A DNA stretch of 64,000 bases, from contig SHXR01000007.1 in assembly GCA_009693235.1 (NCBI GenBank), positions 11,916-75,915 of the forward strand, in the 5' to 3' direction. The position numbers were made by a program, and so were the translations under genes. Positions 31,011 through 40,292 of the stretch are shown here, piece after piece. Origin of the DNA: Betaproteobacteria bacterium (GTDB lineage Bacteria > Pseudomonadota > Gammaproteobacteria > Burkholderiales > SG8-39). Under the pieces are notes generated by a model, which saw only the letters and a program-made list of their open reading frames with translations, was not told the DNA's origin and made no database searches. Each line of letters opens with the position of its first letter. Position 1 is the first letter of the stretch.

Positions 31011-31787
31011 TTGAAGATCGAAACGATTCAATTGGCAAGCGGCCGCTCGCAGCAGATCGTGCGCGTTGGTGCAGGACCAGACCTCGTTTGGCTGCATGGA
31101 CTGCATGGTGTTCCGGCGCATGACCCGTTCGTCGCGGAACTCGCCAAGCGATTCAGCGTGATCGCCCCAATCGCACCGGGGTTCAATGATCTTGCGGAAC
31201 TCGATGACATCCGCGATGTTCACGACCTTGCGCTCCATTACGACGACATCTTGACCGCGCTCAAGCTCGACCGAGTATGCGTGATCGGACATTCATTTGG
31301 CGCGATGATTGCAGCCGAACTGGCCGCGCATGTGCCGGCGCGGGTCGCACGCCTTGCGCTGCTTTCGCCAATCGGCGTATGGCGCGACGATCATCCGGTC
31401 GCCGATCTGTTCGGTCGGCCCTACACGACGATCGACAAGCTCATTTGGGCAGGCGGCACACCCATCGGCAAGATGGGTGTGCGCGATGCGAGCGCGGGTC
31501 CTGTTGAATCGCTGGTCACCCTGGCGCGCGGCATGACGGTCGTCGCGAAATTTCTCTGGCCGCTGCCGGACAAAGGATTGCACCGGCGCCTTTATCGCAT
31601 CACTAGCCCCTCGCTCGTCATGTCAGGCGCCAAAGATCCGTTGGTGCCGCGCTCCTATGCCGAAGTGTTTCGCGCAGGCATGCATGGTGCAAAAGCGATT
31701 GAGATCGCAGGTGCCGGCCATATGCTTCCTTACGAACAGACCGATGTCGTCTGTAAGGATCTGCTGCCGTTCATGCAGACGGACTAA
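31011..31787 (+). CDS. alpha/beta hydrolase
   Basis: The frame is open from 30840, but the first plausible start after the LLM stop is TTG 31011. Nucleophile elbow GHSFGA, WLHGLHG near the N-terminus, C-terminal GAGHMLPYEQ. Confidence 0.75.
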   Translation: MKIETIQLASGRSQQIVRVGAGPDLVWLHGLHGVPAHDPFVAELAKRFSVIAPIAPGFNDLAELDDIRDVHDLALHYDDILTALKLDRVCVIGHSFGAMIAAELAAHVPARVARLALLSPIGVWRDDHPVADLFGRPYTTIDKLIWAGGTPIGKMGVRDASAGPVESLVTLARGMTVVAKFLWPLPDKGLHRRLYRITSPSLVMSGAKDPLVPRSYAEVFRAGMHGAKAIEIAGAGHMLPYEQTDVVCKDLLPFMQTD

Positions 31788-31891
31788 TACCGCGCCCAGG
31801 TGCTACGCCAATGCAGTTCACTTATGCTGAATCGTCGCCCCCGCGAAGGCGGGGCCCAGTGTCATCCAACTCAATTCGCCACGCGCTTCGC

Positions 31892-32800
31892 TTACTGCGT
31901 CGGCCCTGCCACGCGCTTAATCGAATAACCTGCTTTTTCCATTAGGTCGTTCAGGCTGCCCGGCCCAATCAAGTGCAGGGCGCCGACCGCCACAAAGAGC
32001 GTGTCCGTCCGAGCAAGTGCCTTCTCGACGCCGGCCAGCATGTCGCGATTGCGTCCGACCAGAAATTTTTGATTGAACTCCCCGGCGAATGATGCAGGCA
32101 GCCGCTTCGATTCAGACAACAGCAATTCATGGAGCGCCTTCGCATCGCCGCGGCGCCAAGCAGCGACAAGGCTTGCCGCCATCGGCGCAACCTTGCCACT
32201 GGCGATGTCATCGAGCGTGATCTTCAGCATCGCCTGCTGCAACGACTTTGACAATCCGTCCATCATGCGCAACTGCCCTTCCATGGACGCCAGGGCAATG
32301 ATGGGCATTGCGGCCGACTTGGCACGCTGCGCGAAATGATGGTCAAGACCGTACTGCGGAACATAGCCCTGCTTGCCGTATTCCATTGCAACGAGCACGA
32401 GCATTGCCATAAACGGTTTCATCGGTCGCAAGGCCTCGACCGGAATGCCGCTCCCGGCAACGGTGCGGTTCAGTTGCTGGGTAAGCTCCGACGGTAACTC
32501 GCCTTCCAGCGTACGCCCGGACGGCTGCATGCCAATGTGCATCGACGCTTGCACCGCTTGCGTGTCGGTGACATCGGCTTTCAGCGCGAGCGCCTTTGAT
32601 GCGAGGAACGCCGTCTCGACGTACTTTGGCAGCGGATACATCTCGGCTTTGCCGACATGAATGGTGCCGTAGAGGAACACCGTCTTACCACCGGCGCGCG
32701 CCTCCCATAGAAGGCTCGCACCCTCTTGCGCGGCCCCCACATTGGCCACCAGTAACAACAGGAACGCAACATGACGCAGATGAAATCCGAGGGGGCGCAT
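31892..32800 (-). CDS. TraB/GumN family protein (secreted)
   Basis: From internal ATG 32800: signal peptide MRPLGFHLRHVAFLLLLVANVGAAQ followed by the GKTVFLYGTIHVGK motif diagnostic of TraB/GumN. Confidence 0.8.
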   Translation of the reverse strand: MRPLGFHLRHVAFLLLLVANVGAAQEGASLLWEARAGGKTVFLYGTIHVGKAEMYPLPKYVETAFLASKALALKADVTDTQAVQASMHIGMQPSGRTLEGELPSELTQQLNRTVAGSGIPVEALRPMKPFMAMLVLVAMEYGKQGYVPQYGLDHHFAQRAKSAAMPIIALASMEGQLRMMDGLSKSLQQAMLKITLDDIASGKVAPMAASLVAAWRRGDAKALHELLLSESKRLPASFAGEFNQKFLVGRNRDMLAGVEKALARTDTLFVAVGALHLIGPGSLNDLMEKAGYSIKRVAGPTQ

Positions 32801-33162
32801 AGCGAGGTCCGATGCCGCGGCAATTCCGCACCGATGATCGTGGGCTTGAATCGAACCATGATCAATCGCCGATTGGAATACTGCGTGGCTTTTCACGCAC
32901 GCCTTACGCCGTACGACCCTCACTTGTTCGTTAGTCAATCCTTGGTAGGTCGATCGGATCAGCGGATCGATTTACTCCCCAAGTAAACTCCGTTCACCGC
33001 GCATCCCCTGTAGTGAATTTCTGGGAGAAAGGGACGGGGATGAGGTCAGTCTTCCTTCGCTGTCGCGAAGCAGAAAAAACAAGGCCAGGCGCGAGCGGTT
33101 GACTAGAATCCATCTCAAAACCCGCGCGGCGTGGACGCGCAGCGCCGCGGGCATGGATAGCA

Positions 33163-34854
33163 TTAGCGCCTGGCCTGCCGTTGATCTTTGGCATCCGCAT
33201 GGGCGAGGTACTGGTGCACAAAGGCGATCGCCATGCTGCCCTCGCCGACGGCAGCGGCGACGCGCTTGATTGGGCTCAGGCGCACGTCGCCGCACGCAAA
33301 GATGCCGGGCATGCTCGACTCGAGCAGGAAGGGGTCGCGATCATCGGACCAACGTCTAGCCTTGACCACGTCATCGCCAGTCAGCACATAGCTATTCTTG
33401 TCGCGCGCAATCTCCGCGGGCACCCAACCGGTATCCGCGTCGGCGCCGATGAAAACGAATACCCCGCCGCATTCATGCCGGGTCACCGCCTGCGTGCGCT
33501 TATCGAGGATGTCGATCGATCCCTAATTCGCCTCGCCGTGCGCAGCCTTGACTTCGCATTGCAGGCGGACGAGATATTCGATTTGGCCCTGATCTGTTCA
33601 ATCCAGTAGTGGGACATGCCCTTTTCCAGCGAATCACCGCGCACGATAAGGGTCACGTGGCGCGCGTAACTTGCAAAATTCAGCGCGGCCTGTCCGGCGG
33701 AGTTACCAGCGCCGATGAGAAATACGTCGAGTCCATGCATCGAGCTCGCTTCGTTGCGTGACGCGCCGTAATAGATGCCCTTACCCATAAGGCGATCGAA
33801 ACCCGTCGTGTTCACCCGGCGCCATGAGACCCCATTGGCCAATATGACACTGCGTGCGCGCACCGCGTTGCCACCGTCCAGCAGTATCTCTCGCGTCGGC
33901 GGATGCATGCCCTCAACGCAGCGGGTCACCAATATCTCCGCACGAGGCGCCGTGCCTGCTGGAGCGCACGGCTGGCGAGTTCATCGCCGGATACTCCGTT
34001 AGGAAAGCCAAGATAGTTCTCGATTCGCGAGGAGGTTCCCGCCTGCCCTCCCGGAGCCTCGCGCTCGATCACCAGAATTCGCAATCCCTCAGAGGCCCCG
34101 TACACCGCCGCGGCCAGGCCTGCGGGGCCACCACCGACGACTACGGTGTCATATTCCGCCAGTTGCGCGTCAATCTGCAGCCCCACGCCAGTTCGCGCAT
34201 ATTTGGCTTGCTGATCTCCGCACCGTCCGGCAAACGGACGACCGGGCAAATCGCATCCGCGGGCGTGGCATGGCCCCAGGCGGCAGCGGCCCCCGGACTA
34301 TCCGGCGACGCCCAGTCGTGAACGATCTGATTGCGCGACAGGAAACGTCGTAAATGGCCGCACACCGGGTCCCAACGATCGCCGAACACCATCACTTGGG
34401 CTTTGGGCGGCTGCATCGCAATGCCTTGCAACCCGCCGATGCGCTCGCGCGCCAAGTCGCCTATCTTTTCCGCGACTTCTGGTGCAACGGACGCGATCGC
34501 GAAATAGTGATGCGGCTCGATCCTGATCACCCGAGAAGGTTCGGCCGCACGATAGCCGCCACAGGAAACGGCGTGGCGAACGCAAGCGGCACCTCGCCGA
34601 AAATGGTGCCGGGCAAGCGCCAACCGAGGGTACGCAACACACCGTCGAATTGCTTGACCACCTCGATTTTCCCGGACAGCACCGCAAACAAGGCGCGCTC
34701 CCCGCCCTCATGCACGACGTACTCGCCCGCCTGCAGCGCCAAATCGGCGGAATTGCGAACCAGACTGCTCAAGTTCTCGCTCCGCCAACGTGGCGAATAA
34801 CGGAATGGCGCGAAGAACGTGACGTTTGACAACGGCATCGTGTCGCTCTCCCAC
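33163..34854 (-). pseudogene. cyclic-nucleotide-binding-domain thioredoxin-disulfide reductase, heavily decayed (5 frameshifts plus 1 TAG)
   Basis: Six consecutive minus-strand pieces in shifting frames rebuild one ~560-aa protein. They are the cNMP domain (IPLFATLAEREL / LVRNSADLALQAGEYVVHEGGERALFAVLSGKIEVV), a thioredoxin-like insert (VMVFGDRWDPVCGHLRRFL), the FAD motif ([24 protein letters not shown]), the NAD motif (VFLIGAGNSAGQAALNFA) and the C-terminus (GIFACGDVR...GEGSMAIAFVHQYL). An in-frame TAG lies at 33523-33525. Confidence 0.85.
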
Positions 34855-35150
34855 ACCAAGCCGACCTAGCCGATATCGGAATGCCGTCGCGTACCGCCTC
34901 CACGGTGTCTTGCAGCTTGTACAACGTGCCGGCATAGGCTTCGCGCCAGTCGATCCGGAATTTATTACCGCCCTCTTTCAACCGGCGGTCGACATCGCTC
35001 TTGAAGAACCCCGCCATAACGCCCATCGGCAAGAAAGTGGTGGGGTGACTGGCCGCAATGGTGAGATGGATGGTCTGCTGCGCCGGCGCGCTGCCGCTGC
35101 TAACTGCAAAGCATGCTGCGACGACCGTTGCTACGGTCGTGATTGCTCAT
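34855..35150 (-). pseudogene. 5' stump of a DctP-type TRAP transporter solute receptor
   Basis: ATG 35148-35150 is followed by an immediate frame slip. It then reads AITTVATVVAACFAVSSGSAPAQQTIHLTIAASHPTTFLPMGVMAGFFKSDVDRRLKEGGNKFRIDWREAYAGTLYKLQDTVEAVRDGI. Only ~95 codons remain before the neighbouring pseudogene begins. The 3' boundary is uncertain. Confidence 0.45.
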
Positions 35151-35183
35151 CGCCGAACTCTCTTCGTAGTGGAAAAGAGGGAT

Positions 35184-35816
35184 TCACATCCCTTGCGGGG
35201 GAATCCGTATCGGCCAACCAATTAGGGAATCACTAAACAAGGGGGCTCGCCCATTACTCTGGCTTGCGGTGGAATCGTCAAATGGGATGCGGGCTTCGAC
35301 CCAAGCGGCTATTTCAGTTTTTCCCAAATCAGGCTGCGAACGCTCATCTTGCCATCCACCGGATCCGGGCGACACCGGTGTAGACAGACTGACGCGATTG
35401 CCTTCGAACTTCGCAATGCGCAACTGCTTGGTGCCGGTCCACGCCTGATTCCACGATATGTCGACGTGATGCGTGAGCTCGTTACCTGAGATGGTGTAGG
35501 TTCCGGCGTAGCTGATCACAATGCGAAACAACGCATCGGCTTCAGCCGCCGTCGCCGTGTTGCCGGCCGGTTTAGTGCGCCCGCTGCGAACGATGATAAC
35601 CATCATTCGGTCATCTGGGCCATAGGTAATAAAGCCTTCCGGATTGGCCCCAAGCAGATCGGTCTTCACGCCCGAGAGCACTTCCTCTCGTATCACCGAC
35701 ACCAGTTTCCAGGTGCCAAGGACGCGGCTTGCGATGGTCTCGGAGGGCTGGGCGACGACGCTTTGACTGCCGATGAGCATGAACGCAAAAACCAATGACA
35801 AGGCGAGCTTACGCAT
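35184..35816 (-). pseudogene. lipocalin-like domain protein (secreted), 3' frameshift
   Basis: ATG 35816 (GGAAAGGAAG SD). Signal peptide MRKLALSLVFAFMLIGSQSVVAQ, then the GTWKLVSV...PEGFITYGPDDRMMV lipocalin-like core. After ...STPVS a C-run (35367-35369 on +) shifts the frame. The family-like ending PDPVDGKMSVRSLIWEKLK-stop (stop at 35309-35311) is in the other frame. The open frame runs on into a repeat copy. Confidence 0.6.
35221..35252 (-). repeat. dual-hairpin repeat, partial copy (G5/C5 half, truncated)
   Basis: attagggaatcactaaacaagggggctcgccc aligns to the first 32 nt of copy C. Confidence 0.7.
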
Positions 35817-36146
35817 GAATCTTCCTTTCCTAGTGAGCGAGTCGATTGGCAAGCTTACTTGCAATCTTCGCCCGAAGTTACTCGATCGGGCGAAAGCCGG
35901 GTTGACGCCGGGCAGGCGGATCGGGCGCGCCGGAAACTCTTGTGCGAGCGTGCGAAGAATGACGCCCAGGTTGTGCCCTGACGGTAGCGACCGCACTCGA
36001 ATCCGCGCGGGGCCTACAATCGCGGGCCTCAATGGATATCGATACGTCTTTTTCATTCGCCGCACGTAGTCGAATCGCGGCCCGTTCAAGTAAGAAACCA
36101 AGGAATCCACATTTGAACCAAAGCCATAGCAGCCACGATCATAGCG

Positions 36147-36590
36147 TTGACGCTGACCGGCTGCGCAACGACGCCCACCGAGACAACGGGCCGCGCGAAC
36201 GAAATGAAGCTCGCCTTCGATTTCACCGACGCCAATCCCGTCGCGCTATTGAACAAGCTGAACAACGTGGGCGTCACCCGCAAGCAACTGATTGAGAGCG
36301 GCGTCACGCCGAAAATCGTCATGACCTTTCGCGGCAATGCGTCGTTCTTTACGCAGACGGATCTCTCGGCGGTCAAGGAACCGGAGCGGGCCGACGCGCT
36401 CAGAGTCGCGGCAAAGTTGCGCGAATTGAAGAGTGCCCCGGGTGTTCAGGGGATCGAGCAATGCAATCTCCCGCTCGCGGACCGTAAGCTCAAACCCGCG
36501 GACCTGATGCAGGAAGTGAAGCTCGTCCCGAATGGCTGGATCGCGCTCGGTGCCTATCAGCAGCAGGGGTACGCGTACATCGCGCCCTGA
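36147..36590 (+). CDS. DsrE/DsrF-like family protein (signal peptide probably lost by a 5' frameshift)
   Basis: 147-aa ORF from TTG 36147. Upstream, TTG 36113 behind AAGGAA would give M-N-(K)AIAATIIALTLTGC, a perfect lipoprotein signal, if one C at 36118-36119 is removed. The body resembles DsrE-fold proteins. Confidence 0.6.
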   Translation: MTLTGCATTPTETTGRANEMKLAFDFTDANPVALLNKLNNVGVTRKQLIESGVTPKIVMTFRGNASFFTQTDLSAVKEPERADALRVAAKLRELKSAPGVQGIEQCNLPLADRKLKPADLMQEVKLVPNGWIALGAYQQQGYAYIAP

Positions 36591-36632
36591 ACGCGCGGGC
36601 ATAGCAAGCGATGTTCGACGGTCCGGAGCATC

Positions 36633-37631
36633 CTAATCAATCGATGCACCGGACGCCTTGATGATCGGCGCCCATTTCGCGAGTTCGCGCTTGACGAATT
36701 CAGCGAGCTTTTCCGGTGTGCTGCCTGGCGTCGGATCAACGCCCGCATCCTCGATCCGTTTGATCACATTGGGATCAGCCATCGCCTTGTCGATCGCTTG
36801 ACTCAATGCCTGCACGATCGCGGGCGATGTCTTGGCGGGCGCAAAGATCGCATTCCATGTGTAGCACTCGAACCCCGCGATCCCCTGCTCCTGCAACGTC
36901 GGCAATTCCGGTAGCGCACGCGCACGGCTCGCCATGCCTGCGCCAAGTGCGCGAATCTTGCCCGCCTTGAGTTGTGGCAGCACCGTCGGCAGCGCATCGA
37001 AACCGAACGTGAGCTGCCCACCGACCAGGTCGGCGATCATGGGCGCGGAGCCCTTGTAGGGAATGTGCGTGGCATCGAGCCCACCCGCCGTCGTCTTGAA
37101 TTGCTCGCCACACAGATGCAGGATCGAGCCCATCCCCGACGATCCAAAGCTATGTTTGCCTGGATTAGCCCTCAAGAGGGAGACCAGTGATTGCACGTCT
37201 TTCGCGGCCACCGAGGGGTGCACGGCCAGCACGGTCGGCGTGACACCGATCTGACTCACCGGCGCGAAGTCGCGCACCGGGTCATAGGGCATCTTCTTAT
37301 ACAGACCGGGATTGATCGCATGCGTCGAGACGGTTGCCATGAGCAACGTGTAGCCATCGGGCGCCGCTTCGGCGGCCATCGCGGCGCCGGTATTGCCGCC
37401 CGCGCCCGGTCTGTTCTCGACAACGAAGGTCTGGCCCATCAATTCAGAAAGCTTGGCGCTCATGATCCGTGCAACGATGTCGGTCGGGCCACCCGCGGAG
37501 AACGACACGATGATTCGCACCGGCTTTTCGGGATACTTGCCTTGGGCACTCACTGTTCCGCTTGTAACGGCCAAGCCGATCAATAGGCACGACAGCACCG
37601 GCGCTCGCAGTTCAATGCAAAGCTTCCACAT
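36633..37631 (-). CDS. Bug/TctC-family tripartite tricarboxylate transporter substrate-binding protein
   Basis: Intact 332-aa ORF. Signal peptide, then YPEKPVRIIVSFSAGGPTDIVARIMSAKLSELMGQTFVVENRPGAGGNTG. No tctA/tctB adjacent. Confidence 0.9.
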   Translation of the reverse strand: MWKLCIELRAPVLSCLLIGLAVTSGTVSAQGKYPEKPVRIIVSFSAGGPTDIVARIMSAKLSELMGQTFVVENRPGAGGNTGAAMAAEAAPDGYTLLMATVSTHAINPGLYKKMPYDPVRDFAPVSQIGVTPTVLAVHPSVAAKDVQSLVSLLRANPGKHSFGSSGMGSILHLCGEQFKTTAGGLDATHIPYKGSAPMIADLVGGQLTFGFDALPTVLPQLKAGKIRALGAGMASRARALPELPTLQEQGIAGFECYTWNAIFAPAKTSPAIVQALSQAIDKAMADPNVIKRIEDAGVDPTPGSTPEKLAEFVKRELAKWAPIIKASGASID

Positions 37632-37731
37632 GAGTCTCTCCCATCTCGCAGGGCCGTCATCTGCGGCGACGGCACGAGAGCAACGTACGCCGGTCGGGGC
37701 GGGGAGTCAAGGTGGGTGGGGAGGTACGCCT

Positions 37732-38262
37732 TTAGCGTGAATGAAGTTGCAATCGCCAACGCCGCAATCGCCTCTGTACTTCATCCTTCGGCAGCCGACA
37801 TCGCGGGTGGGCTTGAATCTTGTTCAAGCCCTCGACCAGCGCAGCGGATGAAACCCCTGCGGCATGCATTTGATCAAGCAACCAAAGCACCCCATGGACG
37901 ATGCCATTCCGCGCCCGCGCCTCCGCGCGAAGCGCTTTGTCGCCGCTCAGCAATACATGGTCTTTCCGCTGCGCACATGCGAGCGCGAAGTAATCGGCAA
38001 GAGAAAGCGCGGGCCGGCTACGCTTTACCTCCTGCGCGAGTAACAGCTCATCGGGCGAGAGTTCCACAACGCCCAGGCCGAGCGACCGCAAATAGGGCCC
38101 GTTCTCCGAAAGCAATTCCCGCTCGTACAGCAAGTCAGGCACGACCATCGTCCAGTTGCCTGAGAGTGCCGACTCCAAGAAGCCGCCACGCTCCAGGTCA
38201 ATCAAAATGGGTATCCTTCTCGCGCGGCATATAAAGCAAGAAACGCGAATCGAGCCCATCAA
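37732..38262 (-). CDS. PIN-domain protein (stand-alone)
   Basis: 176-aa ORF; TTG 38205 behind AGAAGGA is an alternative start. ILIDLERGGFLE...SLADYFALACAQRKDHVLLSGDKALRAEARARNGIVHGVLWLLDQM matches the PIN-fold pattern of acidic residues plus GvLWllD. No antitoxin-sized ORF upstream. Confidence 0.6.
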   Translation of the reverse strand: MMGSIRVSCFICRARRIPILIDLERGGFLESALSGNWTMVVPDLLYERELLSENGPYLRSLGLGVVELSPDELLLAQEVKRSRPALSLADYFALACAQRKDHVLLSGDKALRAEARARNGIVHGVLWLLDQMHAAGVSSAALVEGLNKIQAHPRCRLPKDEVQRRLRRWRLQLHSR

Positions 38263-38349
38263 TCCAGGGGATCAGACCGGGCTGCATACATTTCTGTCAG
38301 AAGTGGGCGCCCGTCGGAGCGATGTCTTCGAATCCGGCGCGATCTCCTG

Positions 38350-39546
38350 TCAGATCAGCAAACGGGCCGGGTTTTCGATCAGCGACTTCAGTGCATTAAG
38401 AAACCGCGCCGCAAGCACGCCATCGATCACCCGATGATCAGCGGTGAGTGTGACTCGCATCGCGTTGCGCTCGCGTGTGCTGGCGCCATCCCGATACAAC
38501 TCGCGATCGATCATGCCCACGGCAAGAATCGCGCATTGGGGTGGATTGATGATCGCGGAAAACGATTCGACGCCATGCATGCCAAGGTTCGATAGCGTGA
38601 ACGTGCCACCTTGATAGTCGACAGGTTGCAGCGTACCGGCACGCGCGAGCGCCGAGAGCTTGCCGATTGTGTCGGCAATGTCGATCAGAGACAGGGTATC
38701 GGCACGGCGCACGATGGGTGCGACAAGCCCATCGTCCAGTGCGATCGCAACACCGATGTCGATGTCATCATGCAGGCGAGTCGTTTCACCTTCAAATGTC
38801 GCATTAAGTTGTGGGCACGCACGTAACGCCAGTGCGCAGGCCCGGACCACAATATCGTTGATACTCACCTTCCGGTCTGGCAAGCCGTTGATCTGTGTGC
38901 GCGTCGACAGCATGGCATCGGCCACGATCTTGATCGTCACGACAAACGACGGAATGGATTGCGACGATTCCGTAAGCCGCCGCGCGATGGCTTTGCGCAT
39001 CGACGAGAGCGCCACGTCGCGCGTTGCTCCAGCGCCACCCGTACGAACGTTCTTGTTGCACCCACGCGCCGCGACCGCAGCGGAAACGTAGTTCGCAATA
39101 TCACGCTGGATGACCCTGCCCTCGGGACCGGTGCCCCGCACTTCTTCGATTGGCACGCCATTTTCTTGCGCGACTCTTCGCGCTCTTGGCGAGCTACGCA
39201 GGCGTTGATCGACAGGCATCGTAGCGAAGACCGGTCCAAGAACTTCAGCCGCTACGGCATTAATGCGCGGTGACGCGATACTTGCGGCGTCCTCGGTAGC
39301 CCTGGCGGGTGAATCGGTGAGCACGGCAAGCGCCTGCGCGACCCGCGCGTTGGTGCCCACCGGCACGAGAATGCTGCTGAGATAGCCGTCATCGGTCGCC
39401 TCGCAGTCAACAATCGATTTGTCCGTCTCGACACTGAAGAGCGGCGCACCCCGCTTGACGAATTCGCCCTCCGCGACGTGCCAACTGATCAAGAGCCCTT
39501 CTTCGATGGAAGGTCCAAGCACCGGCATGACTACGTTTTTTTGCAT
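38350..39546 (-). CDS. dihydrolipoamide acyltransferase (E2 component of a 2-oxoacid/acetoin-type dehydrogenase complex)
   Basis: 398-aa ORF. Lipoyl domain with VETDKS, E1/E3-binding domain (SSPRARRVAQENGVPIEEVRGTGPEGRVIQRDI), and a catalytic domain with DHRVIDG. Confidence 0.9.
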   Translation of the reverse strand: MQKNVVMPVLGPSIEEGLLISWHVAEGEFVKRGAPLFSVETDKSIVDCEATDDGYLSSILVPVGTNARVAQALAVLTDSPARATEDAASIASPRINAVAAEVLGPVFATMPVDQRLRSSPRARRVAQENGVPIEEVRGTGPEGRVIQRDIANYVSAAVAARGCNKNVRTGGAGATRDVALSSMRKAIARRLTESSQSIPSFVVTIKIVADAMLSTRTQINGLPDRKVSINDIVVRACALALRACPQLNATFEGETTRLHDDIDIGVAIALDDGLVAPIVRRADTLSLIDIADTIGKLSALARAGTLQPVDYQGGTFTLSNLGMHGVESFSAIINPPQCAILAVGMIDRELYRDGASTRERNAMRVTLTADHRVIDGVLAARFLNALKSLIENPARLLI

Positions 39547-39564
39547 GTCTGGCGTTCCCTCTGA

Positions 39565-40278
39565 TCAATCGCCCAAGTACGCTTTCACCATTCGTTCGTC
39601 GGACAAAAACGATTGCCATCCGCCAGGCACGATTTCATGGACGATTCTACCGAGCGCCATGACATACCCGCGGTCGGCAATCTCCGAAGCGATTCCGACA
39701 TTCTGCTCGACGAGAAGCAGGCTGATGCCGCGATCCCGCAGGCCGCGGATGACACCGAGAATCTCCTTCACGATCTTGGGTGCAAGACCGGTCGAGGGCT
39801 CATCCATGATGAGCAGATCAGGCTGCATGAGCAATGCCCGCGCGATCGCCACCATCTGCTGCTCGCCACCGCTCAATAGCTCGACGGCACTCGATTGGCG
39901 CTCAGCGATGATCGGAAACAAGCGGGTCACATCGGCCAGCGTGAAATTCACTTTGCCGCCTTGCCGGGCGTTCACTTCGGCCAGACGCAGATTCTCGCGT
40001 ACCGTCAGTTCGCCCCACAGGCGCCGATTCTCAAGGACCACCGCGATCCCGGTACGCATGCGTTCATGGGTGGGAACGCGCGTGACATCGAAGGCATCCT
40101 TGATGATGCGACCAGCGGTCGGCGCGATGAGGCCACACAAGGCGCGAACCAGCGTCGTTTTGCCGGCGCCGTTGGCGCCAACGAGTGCGACGATCTCGCC
40201 GTCGCCGATGCGAAAGGCAACATCGTGCAATACGGTCAACCGTCCGTAGCCGGCATCGAGTCCGCCGATCTCAAGCAT
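39565..40278 (-). CDS. ABC transporter ATP-binding protein (LivF-like)
   Basis: 237-aa ORF. Walker A GANGAGKTT, signature LSGGEQQM, Walker B LLIMDEPS. Confidence 0.9.
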   Translation of the reverse strand: MLEIGGLDAGYGRLTVLHDVAFRIGDGEIVALVGANGAGKTTLVRALCGLIAPTAGRIIKDAFDVTRVPTHERMRTGIAVVLENRRLWGELTVRENLRLAEVNARQGGKVNFTLADVTRLFPIIAERQSSAVELLSGGEQQMVAIARALLMQPDLLIMDEPSTGLAPKIVKEILGVIRGLRDRGISLLLVEQNVGIASEIADRGYVMALGRIVHEIVPGGWQSFLSDERMVKAYLGD

Positions 40279-40292
40279 GTCGATCGTCCCGT

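Noticed and set aside
31839-31854. GC hairpin ccccgc-gaag-gcgggg between the convergent alpha/beta-hydrolase and TraB/GumN genes, as a terminator.
   Set aside because: The stem is only 6 bp and there is no U-tract on either strand. It is too weak to list as a feature.
34790-34860. Reading MVWESDTMPLSNVTFFAPF (ORF 34527..34859) as a continuation of the TRAP receptor stump.
   Set aside because: The same nucleotides in another frame give HVLRAIPLFATLAEREL, the canonical start of a cNMP-binding domain that fits the downstream pseudogene. I cannot decide by eye, so the stump/TrxR boundary is left uncertain rather than claiming a longer TRAP fragment.
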